Source of the DNA: an uncultured Prevotellaceae bacterium
GTDB lineage: Bacteria > Bacteroidota > Bacteroidia > Bacteroidales > Bacteroidaceae
Assembly: GCA_945827465.1 (NCBI GenBank)
Contig: CALZOH010000001.1
Span: forward strand, 1 to 57,916
Reading direction: 5' to 3'
Length of the DNA stretch: 57,916 bases
Part shown: positions 9,731 through 18,686 of the stretch, piece after piece
Numbering within the stretch: position 1 is the stretch's first letter
How the letters are laid out: each line of letters opens with the position of its first letter
Notes under the pieces: model-generated
What the model was told of the DNA's origin: nothing
What the model saw: the letters and a program-made list of their open reading frames with translations, nothing else
The model's database searches: none
Position numbers and translations under genes: made by a program

Positions 9731-11020
9731 TCATTTTCTTTCTTCCACCGAACGACGCACTTCAAACAGGTGCATGCCGTGGTCATAACGATAGTGGACA
9801 TCAAGCCCACTGCAACTGCATATGGCACGGACAATCGACAAGCCCAAGCCCATGGAGTCAGGACGAGCAGACAAGTGATAAAAACATTCAAATATAAGGG
9901 TGGCATCGAGCGGTCCTCCCTCAGCGCTATTGGCTACACGGAATCCTTCGGCATTCATCTTGACAGAAACACTCCCGGCGGAACGGGTGTGAACGATGGC
10001 ATTCTTCAGCAGATTCGCCAACAGCATGCGAGCCAAAGCCTCATCCATCTCGTTCACGAAGGGTTCAACAATCATTTGCTCCCACTGTAATTGCCGATGA
10101 CGATAAAGCTGCTTCAAGTCGGGCAATAACACCTGAAGTATGTCGGAGAAATTCACCTTAACATGGCCGACATAATGACCGGTTTCAATCTTACAAAGTT
10201 GTAACAACGACTTATTCAACTCCGACATATGTCTAAGAGTGTGCAAAGTTTTAAGTATCTCTCCCATCTGCTCTTCTGTCAGCGTACCATCGTCGAGCAA
10301 CATCTCCAAACGGTTCATGCTAACCGCTATTGGCGTCTGCAATTCATGTGAGGCGTTGGCCACAAAACGTTTCTGCTCTTCAAAAATCCGCTCATTACGT
10401 TCAACACTTTCGCCGACAGCCTTACCCAACCGCTTAAATTCTGAAATACGCGTTTCGATGTGCAAAGGTTGATGGGGAATACCTAAACGATAAGAGTCTA
10501 ACCAATCCAACAACTGCCACAAGGGGCGCATGCTGCGACGCAAGGTCCACAGATTGACCCAGGCCAAACCGAGTAAAACGCCCAAATAAAGAACAACAAT
10601 CCAAATGAGAATGGAACGTTCCAAATCGTCCTTGTCAATGGTTGGTGTATAGACCACCAATTCCTGATACTGTCCTTGTTGATTTTGGAACACGTACGTA
10701 ATGGTTCGTGCCGGTTCGTAGTCGTCAACTTCCGGAAAATAGATGCTGCGATCGGCATAAGTGACATGCTCTTGATGGTCAGCGTAAGACTTACTGACCG
10801 GTCGCAGGCGATAACCATTGTTGGAACCGTCGTCATCGGCAGGCAAACGCTCGCCGGCCAAGGAACGAAGAATCAGCATTTCGGCATACGCCCTCAACGC
10901 ATCGTCGGTCTCATCATTGATTTCAGCCACGATCGCATAATAAAAGCCCAACGCCCAAAGGCCGATGATGACAGCCTTGAGCAAGGATAGGCGCAATAAG
11001 ATGACGTGACAAAGTTTCAT
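9731..11020 (-). CDS. Sensor histidine kinase
   Basis: Two TM segments flank a ~130-aa periplasmic region. H-box SHELQTPI and HATPase G-box MGLGLSIV. 4-nt overlap with the response regulator. Confidence 0.85.
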   Translation of the reverse strand: MKLCHVILLRLSLLKAVIIGLWALGFYYAIVAEINDETDDALRAYAEMLILRSLAGERLPADDDGSNNGYRLRPVSKSYADHQEHVTYADRSIYFPEVDDYEPARTITYVFQNQQGQYQELVVYTPTIDKDDLERSILIWIVVLYLGVLLGLAWVNLWTLRRSMRPLWQLLDWLDSYRLGIPHQPLHIETRISEFKRLGKAVGESVERNERIFEEQKRFVANASHELQTPIAVSMNRLEMLLDDGTLTEEQMGEILKTLHTLRHMSELNKSLLQLCKIETGHYVGHVKVNFSDILQVLLPDLKQLYRHRQLQWEQMIVEPFVNEMDEALARMLLANLLKNAIVHTRSAGSVSVKMNAEGFRVANSAEGGPLDATLIFECFYHLSARPDSMGLGLSIVRAICSCSGLDVHYRYDHGMHLFEVRRSVEERK

Positions 11021-11694
11021 ACTTCCACCAACTTGTAGCCAAAGCCATACACAGTGCGAAATTCCACCTGAGCGCCGGCAGCCTTCAAGCGTTTGCGCAG
11101 GTTTTTCATTTGGGCATAGATGAAATCAAAGCTATCAGCCTGATCAATATCATCACCCCAAATAGCCTCGGCCAAAGTCTGCTTTTCCACCAAACGGCCA
11201 CGACGCTGCACGAAGTAATGCAGAATGTCATATTCCTTGCGAACCAAGTCAAGCGGTTTTCCATCAACCTCTACCCGATGCTGATCGGGATAAATCGAAA
11301 CATTCGCCATGCTGATATGAGGCTGTCCATCGCGCTGATGGCGACGTACCACGCTGCGAATACGGGCATGCAACTCTGCTAAATGGAAAGGCTTGGGAAG
11401 ATAATCGTCGGCACCTAACTCCAATCCCTCCACTTTGTCTTCAATAGAGTCCTTGGCCGAAAGGATAATCACATTTCCTTTCCTTCCTCGCACGGCCAAC
11501 TCCCTAAGCAGCGTAAGACCGTCGCCGTCGGGTAACATCAAATCAAGCAGAATACAATCGTATTCATAAATCGAGGTCTTCATGCGTGCCACGCGTAAAG
11601 TGGGAGCTTCTTCTACCACGTAACGTTCTTTTTTGAGCGAGCGGACGATGAGTTCACGCAACTCTTCATTGTCCTCTATTACTAATATTTTCAT
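11017..11694 (-). CDS. OmpR-family response regulator
   Basis: Receiver domain (ILLDLMLPDGDG) plus winged-helix C-terminus (FRTVYGFGYKL). ATG 11694 (MKILVIED) is 25 nt downstream of the -7 box; the longer track start overlaps that box. Confidence 0.9.
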   Translation of the reverse strand: MKILVIEDNEELRELIVRSLKKERYVVEEAPTLRVARMKTSIYEYDCILLDLMLPDGDGLTLLRELAVRGRKGNVIILSAKDSIEDKVEGLELGADDYLPKPFHLAELHARIRSVVRRHQRDGQPHISMANVSIYPDQHRVEVDGKPLDLVRKEYDILHYFVQRRGRLVEKQTLAEAIWGDDIDQADSFDFIYAQMKNLRKRLKAAGAQVEFRTVYGFGYKLVEV

Positions 11695-11718
11695 GGTTAT
11701 TAATTCTATCAGACGTTG

Positions 11719-11726
11719 CAAATTTA
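11719..11726 (-). promoter_or_regulatory. -7 promoter box for the two-component operon
   Basis: Minus strand reads taaatttg. Confidence 0.45.
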
Positions 11727-11827
11727 CAGAAAGATTACCTCCTGATGGTTGTCACTTTTCCCAATTTTTCCTATCATTCATGCTATAAAATAGGATTCAC
11801 CACCTTGGAAGGATGAAAATTAATCTG

Positions 11828-11835
11828 TACATTTG
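11828..11835 (+). promoter_or_regulatory. -7 promoter box for GH32/fructokinase
   Basis: tacatttg, 63 nt upstream of ATG 11898. Confidence 0.45.
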
Positions 11836-11897
11836 CGCCTATCGCGCCACTCCTGTCTTTTGTTATACTAAGTTGCTTGGCACATTCAGTTCCTATC

Positions 11898-13787
11898 ATG
11901 ACAACCCGATATTCTTTTCTCTTTACCCTGATGGTCATCGCCTGTCTAACCGCCTTGGCTCAAACCACGATGTGCACTACCCGACAAGGCGACACCACCA
12001 TCATTACCATCGAACAACCCTTGCGCTATCTGCTACTGCCCATTGAAGAAGCAGCGGGAGAGGCCCGCGTATTGCTCGACACCCAACAAAAAGACGATAC
12101 CTGGATGGATATACGTCTTGCCCGAAAGAAGACGGATTACTATGTACCCTTCGCTTTGGGGAAAGAACGCTCGGTCACGATCCGTGTTTTGGGCCTTCCA
12201 CATGACGCGTTAACACTTAAAGACGGACAACTGGCTCTCACCGACCATTGGAACCCTATCAATACCGACTATTACCGGCCCGTTTATCATCATACACCTT
12301 CTTACGGATGGATGAACGACGCCAACGGAATGGTTTACAAGGACGGTGAGTACCATCTCTACTATCAGTACAATCCCTACGGCAGCATTTGGGGCAACAT
12401 GCACTGGGGACACGCTGTCAGCAAGGATCTCTGCCACTGGGAAGAGCTTCCAACGGCTATCTGCCGTGATACTTTGGGGCACATCTTCTCCGGTTCTTCC
12501 GTCGTTGATAAGAACAATACGGCCGGTTACGGTCCAAATGCTATCATTGCACTCTATACTTCAGCCAGCAGTCGCAACGGACAGGTTCAATGTATGGCAT
12601 ACAGCACCGATAACGGACGTACATTTACCAAATACGAGGGTAACCCCGTTCTACGCCCCTTTGATGGCCTTCGCGACTTCCGTGATCCGAAAGTATTTTG
12701 GTATGAACCCAAGGCGTGCTGGTTCATGATTGTTTCGGCCGACAAAGAAATCCGTTTCTACACTTCGACTAACTTGAAGAACTGGAAATATCTCAGTTCA
12801 TTCGGCAAAGGTTATGGCGCCCAACCATGTCAATATGAGTGTCCCGACTTTGTAGAGTTGGCGGTGAAAGGGCAGCCCGACATCAAAAAATATGTGATGC
12901 TGATGAATGTCAATCCCGGCGGACCATTTGGGGGCAGTGCTACCGAATATTTTGTGGGCGACTTCGATGGTACGAACTTTCATGTTACCGATGACCCGCA
13001 TGTTGCCAAATGGTTGGACTATGGTAAGGACCATTACGCCACTGTCTGCTTCTCCAACACGGGTGAACGCGTCATCGCCCTACCCTGGATGAGCAACTGG
13101 CAATATGCCAACATCACCCCCACCCGTCAGCACCGAGGAGCCAACGGACTGCCACGTGAGTTGAGCCTTTACCTGAAAGACCGGCATTACTATGTTTCGG
13201 CCGACGTAGCACCTGAAATCAGACTGTTGCGAAAGGAATGTCACACCCTTCCTGATGCCGTCATCGCCGGTGAGAGTCGTTACACCGACGCAACTGCCGA
13301 TTATCAAGGCTCGTTCGAGTTAGAAGCCGACATCACTCCTCACAAGAACAAGGTTGCCGGCCTTGAACTCTACAACGACTTGGGCGAACGCTGCCTGATT
13401 TATCTGGACCTGAAAGCTGGCCAGGCCGTCATGGACCGTACCGAGAGCGGCATCACGGAGTTTGGCCATCGGGCAGGCATTCATCCGGCAGAGTTGATCA
13501 CCGATAAAGACGGGAAACAAAGGCCCAAACACTTGGACTACGACATCAAATACATCAACGAATTTGCCATGACCACTTGGGCGCCACTTCGCCTTTGTGA
13601 GGGAAAGACCTTCCACCTCGACATCTTTGTCGACAAATGTTCTGTGGAACTCTTTATCGACCATGGTCGCATTGCCATGACCAACCTGATATTTCCGACA
13701 CAACCTTATCGGCACGTGCGCCTTTACACATCAGACCACGACGAAGCCCAATTCAAGAACATTCGCATCTATCACCTGTCATTATAA
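11898..13787 (+). CDS. Glycoside hydrolase family 32 (beta-fructofuranosidase/levanase-type), exported
   Basis: GH32 hallmarks WMNDANG, FRDP and YECPDF. Signal peptide MTTRYSFLFTLMVIACLTALAQ. Confidence 0.9.
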   Translation: MTTRYSFLFTLMVIACLTALAQTTMCTTRQGDTTIITIEQPLRYLLLPIEEAAGEARVLLDTQQKDDTWMDIRLARKKTDYYVPFALGKERSVTIRVLGLPHDALTLKDGQLALTDHWNPINTDYYRPVYHHTPSYGWMNDANGMVYKDGEYHLYYQYNPYGSIWGNMHWGHAVSKDLCHWEELPTAICRDTLGHIFSGSSVVDKNNTAGYGPNAIIALYTSASSRNGQVQCMAYSTDNGRTFTKYEGNPVLRPFDGLRDFRDPKVFWYEPKACWFMIVSADKEIRFYTSTNLKNWKYLSSFGKGYGAQPCQYECPDFVELAVKGQPDIKKYVMLMNVNPGGPFGGSATEYFVGDFDGTNFHVTDDPHVAKWLDYGKDHYATVCFSNTGERVIALPWMSNWQYANITPTRQHRGANGLPRELSLYLKDRHYYVSADVAPEIRLLRKECHTLPDAVIAGESRYTDATADYQGSFELEADITPHKNKVAGLELYNDLGERCLIYLDLKAGQAVMDRTESGITEFGHRAGIHPAELITDKDGKQRPKHLDYDIKYINEFAMTTWAPLRLCEGKTFHLDIFVDKCSVELFIDHGRIAMTNLIFPTQPYRHVRLYTSDHDEAQFKNIRIYHLSL

Positions 13788-13850
13788 ATAAGGATAGATG
13801 CAACAGATAACCCCAAGCATATCCATACGACCCTTTATACATTATCTATC

Positions 13851-14726
13851 ATGCAACATCTTATCATCGGACTCGGAGAAACCTTATGGGACCTCTTGCC
13901 AACCGGCAAAAAATTAGGAGGTGCTCCCACCAATTTTACCTTCTTCGCCAGTCAATTCGGCAACGAAGCCTATGCGGTAAGCGCCCTCGGGCGCGATGCG
14001 TTGGGCGACGAAACCATCGAAGCTCTCCAACAACACGATTTGCACTATTTAATGCCCCGTATCGACCATCCTACAGGAACCGTTGAAGTCACCCTCGACG
14101 ATAACGGCATTCCATCCTACGACATCAAGCAAGACGTGGCATGGGATCATATCCCTTTTACACCCGAACTGGAGGAATTGGCCCAACGTTCTAACGCCGT
14201 TTGCTGGGGTTCGTTGGCTCAACGCAGCAGTACCTCACGTCGTACCATCCGACAATTCATCGAACGAACGCCCAAAAACTGTCTGCGAATTTTCGACATC
14301 AATCTCCGGCAGCACTTCTACAGCCGAGAGATCATCGAAGACTCTCTCCAGCTTTGCCACATCCTTAAAATTAATGACGAAGAAATCCAGATCGTCGCCC
14401 AAATGTTCGGATACGAAGGTCTTTCCATGGAAGAAGTGGGACAAGCTCTGCTCAACCGGTACTCACTGAGCTACTTGGTACTGACTTGCGGAGCCATAGG
14501 AAGCTATATCTTTTCTTCCGCCGAAACGTCCTTCCTCGAAACGCCTCGCGTCAAGGTGGTCGACACGGTGGGAGCCGGTGACTCCTTCACCGGCACATTC
14601 TGCTCCGCCATCCTTAAAGGCCTAACGCTTCGTGAAGCACATCAACGTGCCGTTGAGGTCAGTGCCTACGTGTGTACACAAACCGGCGCCATGCCACCCA
14701 TCCCCGACCATCTCCGAAGTTTCTAA
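13851..14726 (+). CDS. PfkB-family carbohydrate kinase (fructokinase-like)
   Basis: DTVGAGDSF PfkB signature, 291 aa, immediately downstream of GH32. Confidence 0.85.
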   Translation: MQHLIIGLGETLWDLLPTGKKLGGAPTNFTFFASQFGNEAYAVSALGRDALGDETIEALQQHDLHYLMPRIDHPTGTVEVTLDDNGIPSYDIKQDVAWDHIPFTPELEELAQRSNAVCWGSLAQRSSTSRRTIRQFIERTPKNCLRIFDINLRQHFYSREIIEDSLQLCHILKINDEEIQIVAQMFGYEGLSMEEVGQALLNRYSLSYLVLTCGAIGSYIFSSAETSFLETPRVKVVDTVGAGDSFTGTFCSAILKGLTLREAHQRAVEVSAYVCTQTGAMPPIPDHLRSF

Positions 14727-14932
14727 GCAGGAACCATATCCGGTGCTCAACCGTACAAAGCCCATTAAGAAGCACGTAGAAGGGAAGAAATATCCCATTG
14801 ACGTGCCTCTGCTTTTTCTTGTATCTCAGGAAAACTTCATTGGGAGTTCCACTGAGCTGTTTTGACTACCAAGACCGTAAAATTGGTATGAATTCCAGGG
14901 ATAATGGTACTTCATGTCTTTTACAACGGGCG

Positions 14933-14940
14933 TACTTTTG
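14933..14940 (+). promoter_or_regulatory. -7 promoter box for the flavodoxin-like pair
   Basis: tacttttg, 55 nt upstream of ATG 14995. Confidence 0.4.
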
Positions 14941-14994
14941 CACGGTACAATCATCCAATCAGTTCTTGACAGCAATCCAACAAACAGAAATCAT

Positions 14995-15735
14995 ATGAAA
15001 GCAAACGTTAATTTAGTCCTATTTTGGAGTCTTTTCTGCACGAGCCTTGCTTCAAATGCCAAGACTTTGGTCGTGTATTATAGCTTCACCAACAACGTTC
15101 ACACCATTGTCAGCGATTTGCAAACGCAGGTTGACGCCGACGTCATTCGTATTGAGCCGGCCGAGAAGGGCATCGACTACGCCGCCAATGGATATGCCGT
15201 AGGTAGCGCCCTGATCACTGCCATTCGCAACCATCCGAACGAGGCTTCCTCCTATCCTGCCATCGACCCCGTCGAGGTGAACATGGCCGATTACGATATG
15301 GTGATTATAGCTGCACCATTGTGGTGGGGTAACATGGCTGCACCGCTTCAAACTTTCCTATTTCAATATGGTCAAGCAATGGCAGGAAAGCATATCGGCT
15401 TGATTGTATCGAGTGCCAGTAGCGGTATCAGTGCCGTAGTGACCGATGCGAAACGATTGATACCACAAGGTCTTTTCCTGGAGCCCAATCTCTGGATTCG
15501 ATCCTCACAAACACCCAACTGCCACCGCATGATTTCAGGGTGGTTGAGTGATGTTGATTATAGTCACATCACCTCTGTTGCCTCTGCCATCGGTAATGAA
15601 CCGGCAACGCAGATGATCGGCCGATACAATCTCCAAGGACAAAAGATGTCCTTACGTTACCCATCAGGCAGAATCTGTCTAACACGATACAAAAGAGGCA
15701 ACAAAATTTACACCAAGAAAACAATCAACAGATGA
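14995..15735 (+). CDS. Exported flavodoxin-like (Flavodoxin_4-type) protein with C-terminal extension
   Basis: Signal peptide MKANVNLVLFWSLFCTSLASNA, then KTLVVYYSF..., paralogous to the next gene. It lacks the S/T-x-T-G-x-T phosphate loop. The tail ...GRYNLQGQKMSLRYPSGRICLTRYKRGNKIYTKKTINR resembles T9SS-type C-terminal strands (from memory). Confidence 0.6.
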   Translation: MKANVNLVLFWSLFCTSLASNAKTLVVYYSFTNNVHTIVSDLQTQVDADVIRIEPAEKGIDYAANGYAVGSALITAIRNHPNEASSYPAIDPVEVNMADYDMVIIAAPLWWGNMAAPLQTFLFQYGQAMAGKHIGLIVSSASSGISAVVTDAKRLIPQGLFLEPNLWIRSSQTPNCHRMISGWLSDVDYSHITSVASAIGNEPATQMIGRYNLQGQKMSLRYPSGRICLTRYKRGNKIYTKKTINR

Positions 15736-16298
15736 TAAAAATAAAATTCACGTTACTGGCCATACTCTCAGTTCTTACTGTCACGGCCTATTCACAAGTT
15801 AACAACACCAAGAAGATGGAAAAGAAACAGATTATGGTAGCCTATTTTTCTGCTACGGGGACCACCAAACAAGTGGCTACAAAGTTGGCACACCTCGCCA
15901 ACGCCGATCTCTGCGAGATTATTCCCACGGAGCGCTATACCTCGGCAGACCTGAATTGGAACGATCGGGAATCGCGCAGCTCCATTGAAATGAACAATCC
16001 GCAGGCACGGCCTAAAATCAGAACCACAATAAAGGATGTCCGAAAGTATGATTACATTTTCCTCGGTTATCCCATTTGGTGGGATCTCGCCCCCAGAGTC
16101 GTAAACACCTTTATCGAAAGCCACCAACTGAACGGCAAAACCATCATCCCTTTTGCTACATCAGGTGGTAGTACCATCACCGGCAGTGTGATCCAACTCA
16201 AGAAAGCCTATCCGAAACTTCATTGGCAGACGGGCAAATTACTCAATCGTGCTAACGACCAAGATTTGAAAGCTTGGCTCCATACAGTCTTGGATTAA
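15732..16298 (+). CDS. Exported flavodoxin (Flavodoxin_4-type)
   Basis: Signal peptide MIKIKFTLLAILSVLTVTAYSQ. FMN phosphate loop YFSATGTTKQ. ATGA overlap with the upstream paralog. Confidence 0.7.
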   Translation: MIKIKFTLLAILSVLTVTAYSQVNNTKKMEKKQIMVAYFSATGTTKQVATKLAHLANADLCEIIPTERYTSADLNWNDRESRSSIEMNNPQARPKIRTTIKDVRKYDYIFLGYPIWWDLAPRVVNTFIESHQLNGKTIIPFATSGGSTITGSVIQLKKAYPKLHWQTGKLLNRANDQDLKAWLHTVLD

Positions 16299-16311
16299 TT
16301 CATACCATGCC

Positions 16312-16351
16312 AACCGCTTGAACAAACCATTAATGTTTCGTTTGAGCGGTT
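16312..16351 (+). terminator. Imperfect hairpin plus T-rich tail after the flavodoxin pair
   Basis: aaccgct (16312..16318) pairs with agcggtt (16345..16351) and is followed by ttcgcttcaacctttttt. Confidence 0.35.
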
Positions 16352-16463
16352 TTCGCTTCAACCTTTTTTATAGGTAAGCATCATTCTTCGGCTTTCATGC
16401 GAAGAAAGACCTTTGAGAAAGCGTCGAAGAGAGGTTTTTGACACAAATACAACAGAAAATGCC

Positions 16464-16471
16464 TATATTTG
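16464..16471 (+). promoter_or_regulatory. -7 promoter box upstream of the GH43 pseudogene
   Basis: tatatttg. Confidence 0.4.
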
Positions 16472-16585
16472 CAGGGCGATACAGGCATTGTTGCCTGTGT
16501 ATAACGACCTTTCAAACTTTCATTTTGTACGATTCATTCACGTTCATCATCTCAAATAGGCAGCTTTTTCGCCGTTGTTACGGTC

Positions 16586-17983
16586 TTGCTGACCGCTACG
16601 CTCATGGGATGTTCTTCACTCAACAAGTCGTCTCAAGCCAAAAGCTCTGCTACGAAGGTGCAGAAAGGCACCATCGCCCACGGAGCATTGAATCCCATCG
16701 TTCCTCCGGGTGTGTACATTGCTGATCCGGAGCCTCGCGTGATGCCTGACGGACGCATTTACGTCTACGGTTCACGCGATGTGCCCAGGTACACCTGGTG
16801 TTCAAAGGCCTATCACGTTCTTTCGAGCGATGACATGACGCATTGGATCCTTGAATAGTTCTCGTTTGCTACCGAAGGACCGGGCAAACAGACCGATTAC
16901 ACCGACCGCGTGCTTTATGCGCCAGACTGCATCTATCATAACGGTCAATACTACCTTTACTACTGTCTCGCCGGCGATAAAACCGACGACGAAGGCGTCG
17001 CTGTGTCCGACAGCCCGTATGGTCCGTTCCGTAACGGCCGAGTCATTAAAGGCGCAGAATGTATAGATCCGTCCATTTTTATTGATGATGACGGCCAAGC
17101 TTACCTCTATTGGGGTCAGGGCTACGCAAAAGGAGCTCGGTTAAGCCGTGATTTGACCCGCATCGAGGGGCCCATCAGCGACAAACTGCTCACTTTCCAA
17201 GAGCACGCCTTCAATGAGGCCAGCTCCGTGCGTAAACGCAACGGCATCTACTATTACATCTACGGCGGACACCAACGTCACGGCGAAAGCAACTGTGCCA
17301 CGCTCAACTATGCTACCTCAACGTCGCCGCTCGGGCCCTTTACCTACCGTGGTGTCATTGTCGACAACTTCTCTTCGTAAGCGAATGTGGTGAATAATCA
17401 CGGTTCTATTGTGGAGTACAAGGGGAATTGGTACATCTTTTACCATCGTCCCACTCACGGCACCTCGAGTATGCGTAAAGTCTGCGTTGAGTCTATCCAC
17501 TTCAATAGCGACGGAACGATACAAGAGGTTGAAATGACCACGCAGGGCGTTAGCGGTCCCATGAATCCGTTGCGGCGCATGGAGGCTTCACGCGCGTGTC
17601 AGCTGCAGGGACACTTGGTGGTGCGCTGTCAGCGTCATCCCGAAGACACACCGGTGGAGTATTTGTCCCAAATCAGACATGGTGACCAGGCTTACTGGCG
17701 CTATTACGACTTCAACAAACAGAGCATCAGCCACTTCGAGTGCAAAACGTGGCAGGCCAACGCCGAAGCCGACATCGAAATCCGTCTTGACGCACCCGAC
17801 GGCGAACTCTTAGGCACCTGTCACCTTCGTCCGATGAACGGCGACGTCAACTACCAAATACACCGCACGGCCGTCCGTCCGGTCAAGGGCGTTCATGCCT
17901 TGGTGCTCGTCTTCAAGAGTCCTGCTTCGGTCTCTGACCAAGACCTGCTCAACCTCGAATGGTTCCGGTTCACCCAAGACTAA
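16586..17983 (+). pseudogene. GH43 glycoside hydrolase with C-terminal CBM-like domain, disrupted by two in-frame stop codons
   Basis: Track ORFs 16586..16858, 16910..17380 and 17387..17983 share one frame. They are separated only by TAG 16856..16858 and TAA 17378..17380. The joined product has GH43-like motifs (ADPEPRVMPDGRIYVYGSRD, NNHGSIVEYKGNWYIFYH). No ATG precedes the lipoprotein-like signal (..LLTATLMGCSS). Confidence 0.75.
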
Positions 17984-18016
17984 GCCTCTGCTCTCCTCCG
18001 TTGATAGCTTACGAAA

Positions 18017-18051
18017 CATCCGCAATGCCTCTTGCTTGGGCATTGCGGATG
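18017..18051. terminator. Bidirectional terminator hairpin between GH43 and PAP2
   Basis: catccgcaatgcc (18017..18029) pairs perfectly with ggcattgcggatg (18039..18051): 13-bp stem, 9-nt loop. Confidence 0.7.
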
Positions 18052-18104
18052 TCTCTTTACTGAGAATCGCCTTGTCAAAAGGCTCTAAAAACTTCGTTCG
18101 GACC

Positions 18105-18647
18105 TTAGAAGCGAAGATACATACCTACGCCGCAGGCATCACGACCGAAGGCGACGGGCGCAATCGTCAGGTCGGTCTTCCGACTAATGGGTCTCGTATA
18201 GATCAACGCACTCGCTGTACCCAAAACGGCACCGCCCAGCACGTCCCACCAGTCATGTCGATCGGCATACACACGTCCCCAGGACACGTAGGCAGAGACG
18301 GCATAGGCCGGTACACCCCATTTCCATCCGTAACGACGCATCAAAAAGGTGGCGCCGTCGAAAGCTACCGCTGCATGCGTGCTCGGAAAGGCGTGATGGC
18401 CGGTTCCATCGGGACGATCTTTCTTGATAGCGGCTTCGAGGGCGTAGTTGGCCGCCAAAGTCGTGGCCGAACTCAGGCCGAGCTGCCAGAGACCTTCGCG
18501 ATCCTTCTCTACTAAAGCTTTTACGAAGCCGGTTCCCGAGGGGAGCAAGCACAGAACGTCGGTCGACCGCTTCACCACCGACGACTTCGCACTTAGCGTC
18601 AACGCCGTCAGCAGGAGCAAGAGAGAGAGTACCACACCTTTCATCAT
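18105..18647 (-). CDS. PAP2-family phosphatase
   Basis: Three PAP2 motifs read: KKDRPDG (KxxxxxxRP), PSTH, and GRVYADRHDWWD (SRx5Hx3D-like). Signal peptide present. Confidence 0.8.
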   Translation of the reverse strand: MMKGVVLSLLLLLTALTLSAKSSVVKRSTDVLCLLPSGTGFVKALVEKDREGLWQLGLSSATTLAANYALEAAIKKDRPDGTGHHAFPSTHAAVAFDGATFLMRRYGWKWGVPAYAVSAYVSWGRVYADRHDWWDVLGGAVLGTASALIYTRPISRKTDLTIAPVAFGRDACGVGMYLRF

Positions 18648-18686
18648 CTTTTCGGGGTTTGATCGGACGGAAGCAAGCCCCCGTGC

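Noticed and set aside
9696-9733. 7-bp stem (tgacact/agtgtca) with a 24-nt loop overlapping the histidine kinase stop, considered as a terminator.
   Set aside because: The stem is short, the loop is large and there is no T-tract, so it is too weak to call.
16438-16725. 95-aa ORF upstream of, and overlapping, the GH43 N-terminus.
   Set aside because: It starts inside the promoter region in a different frame from the GH43 signal peptide, and the product is Cys/Phe/Arg-rich with no motif.
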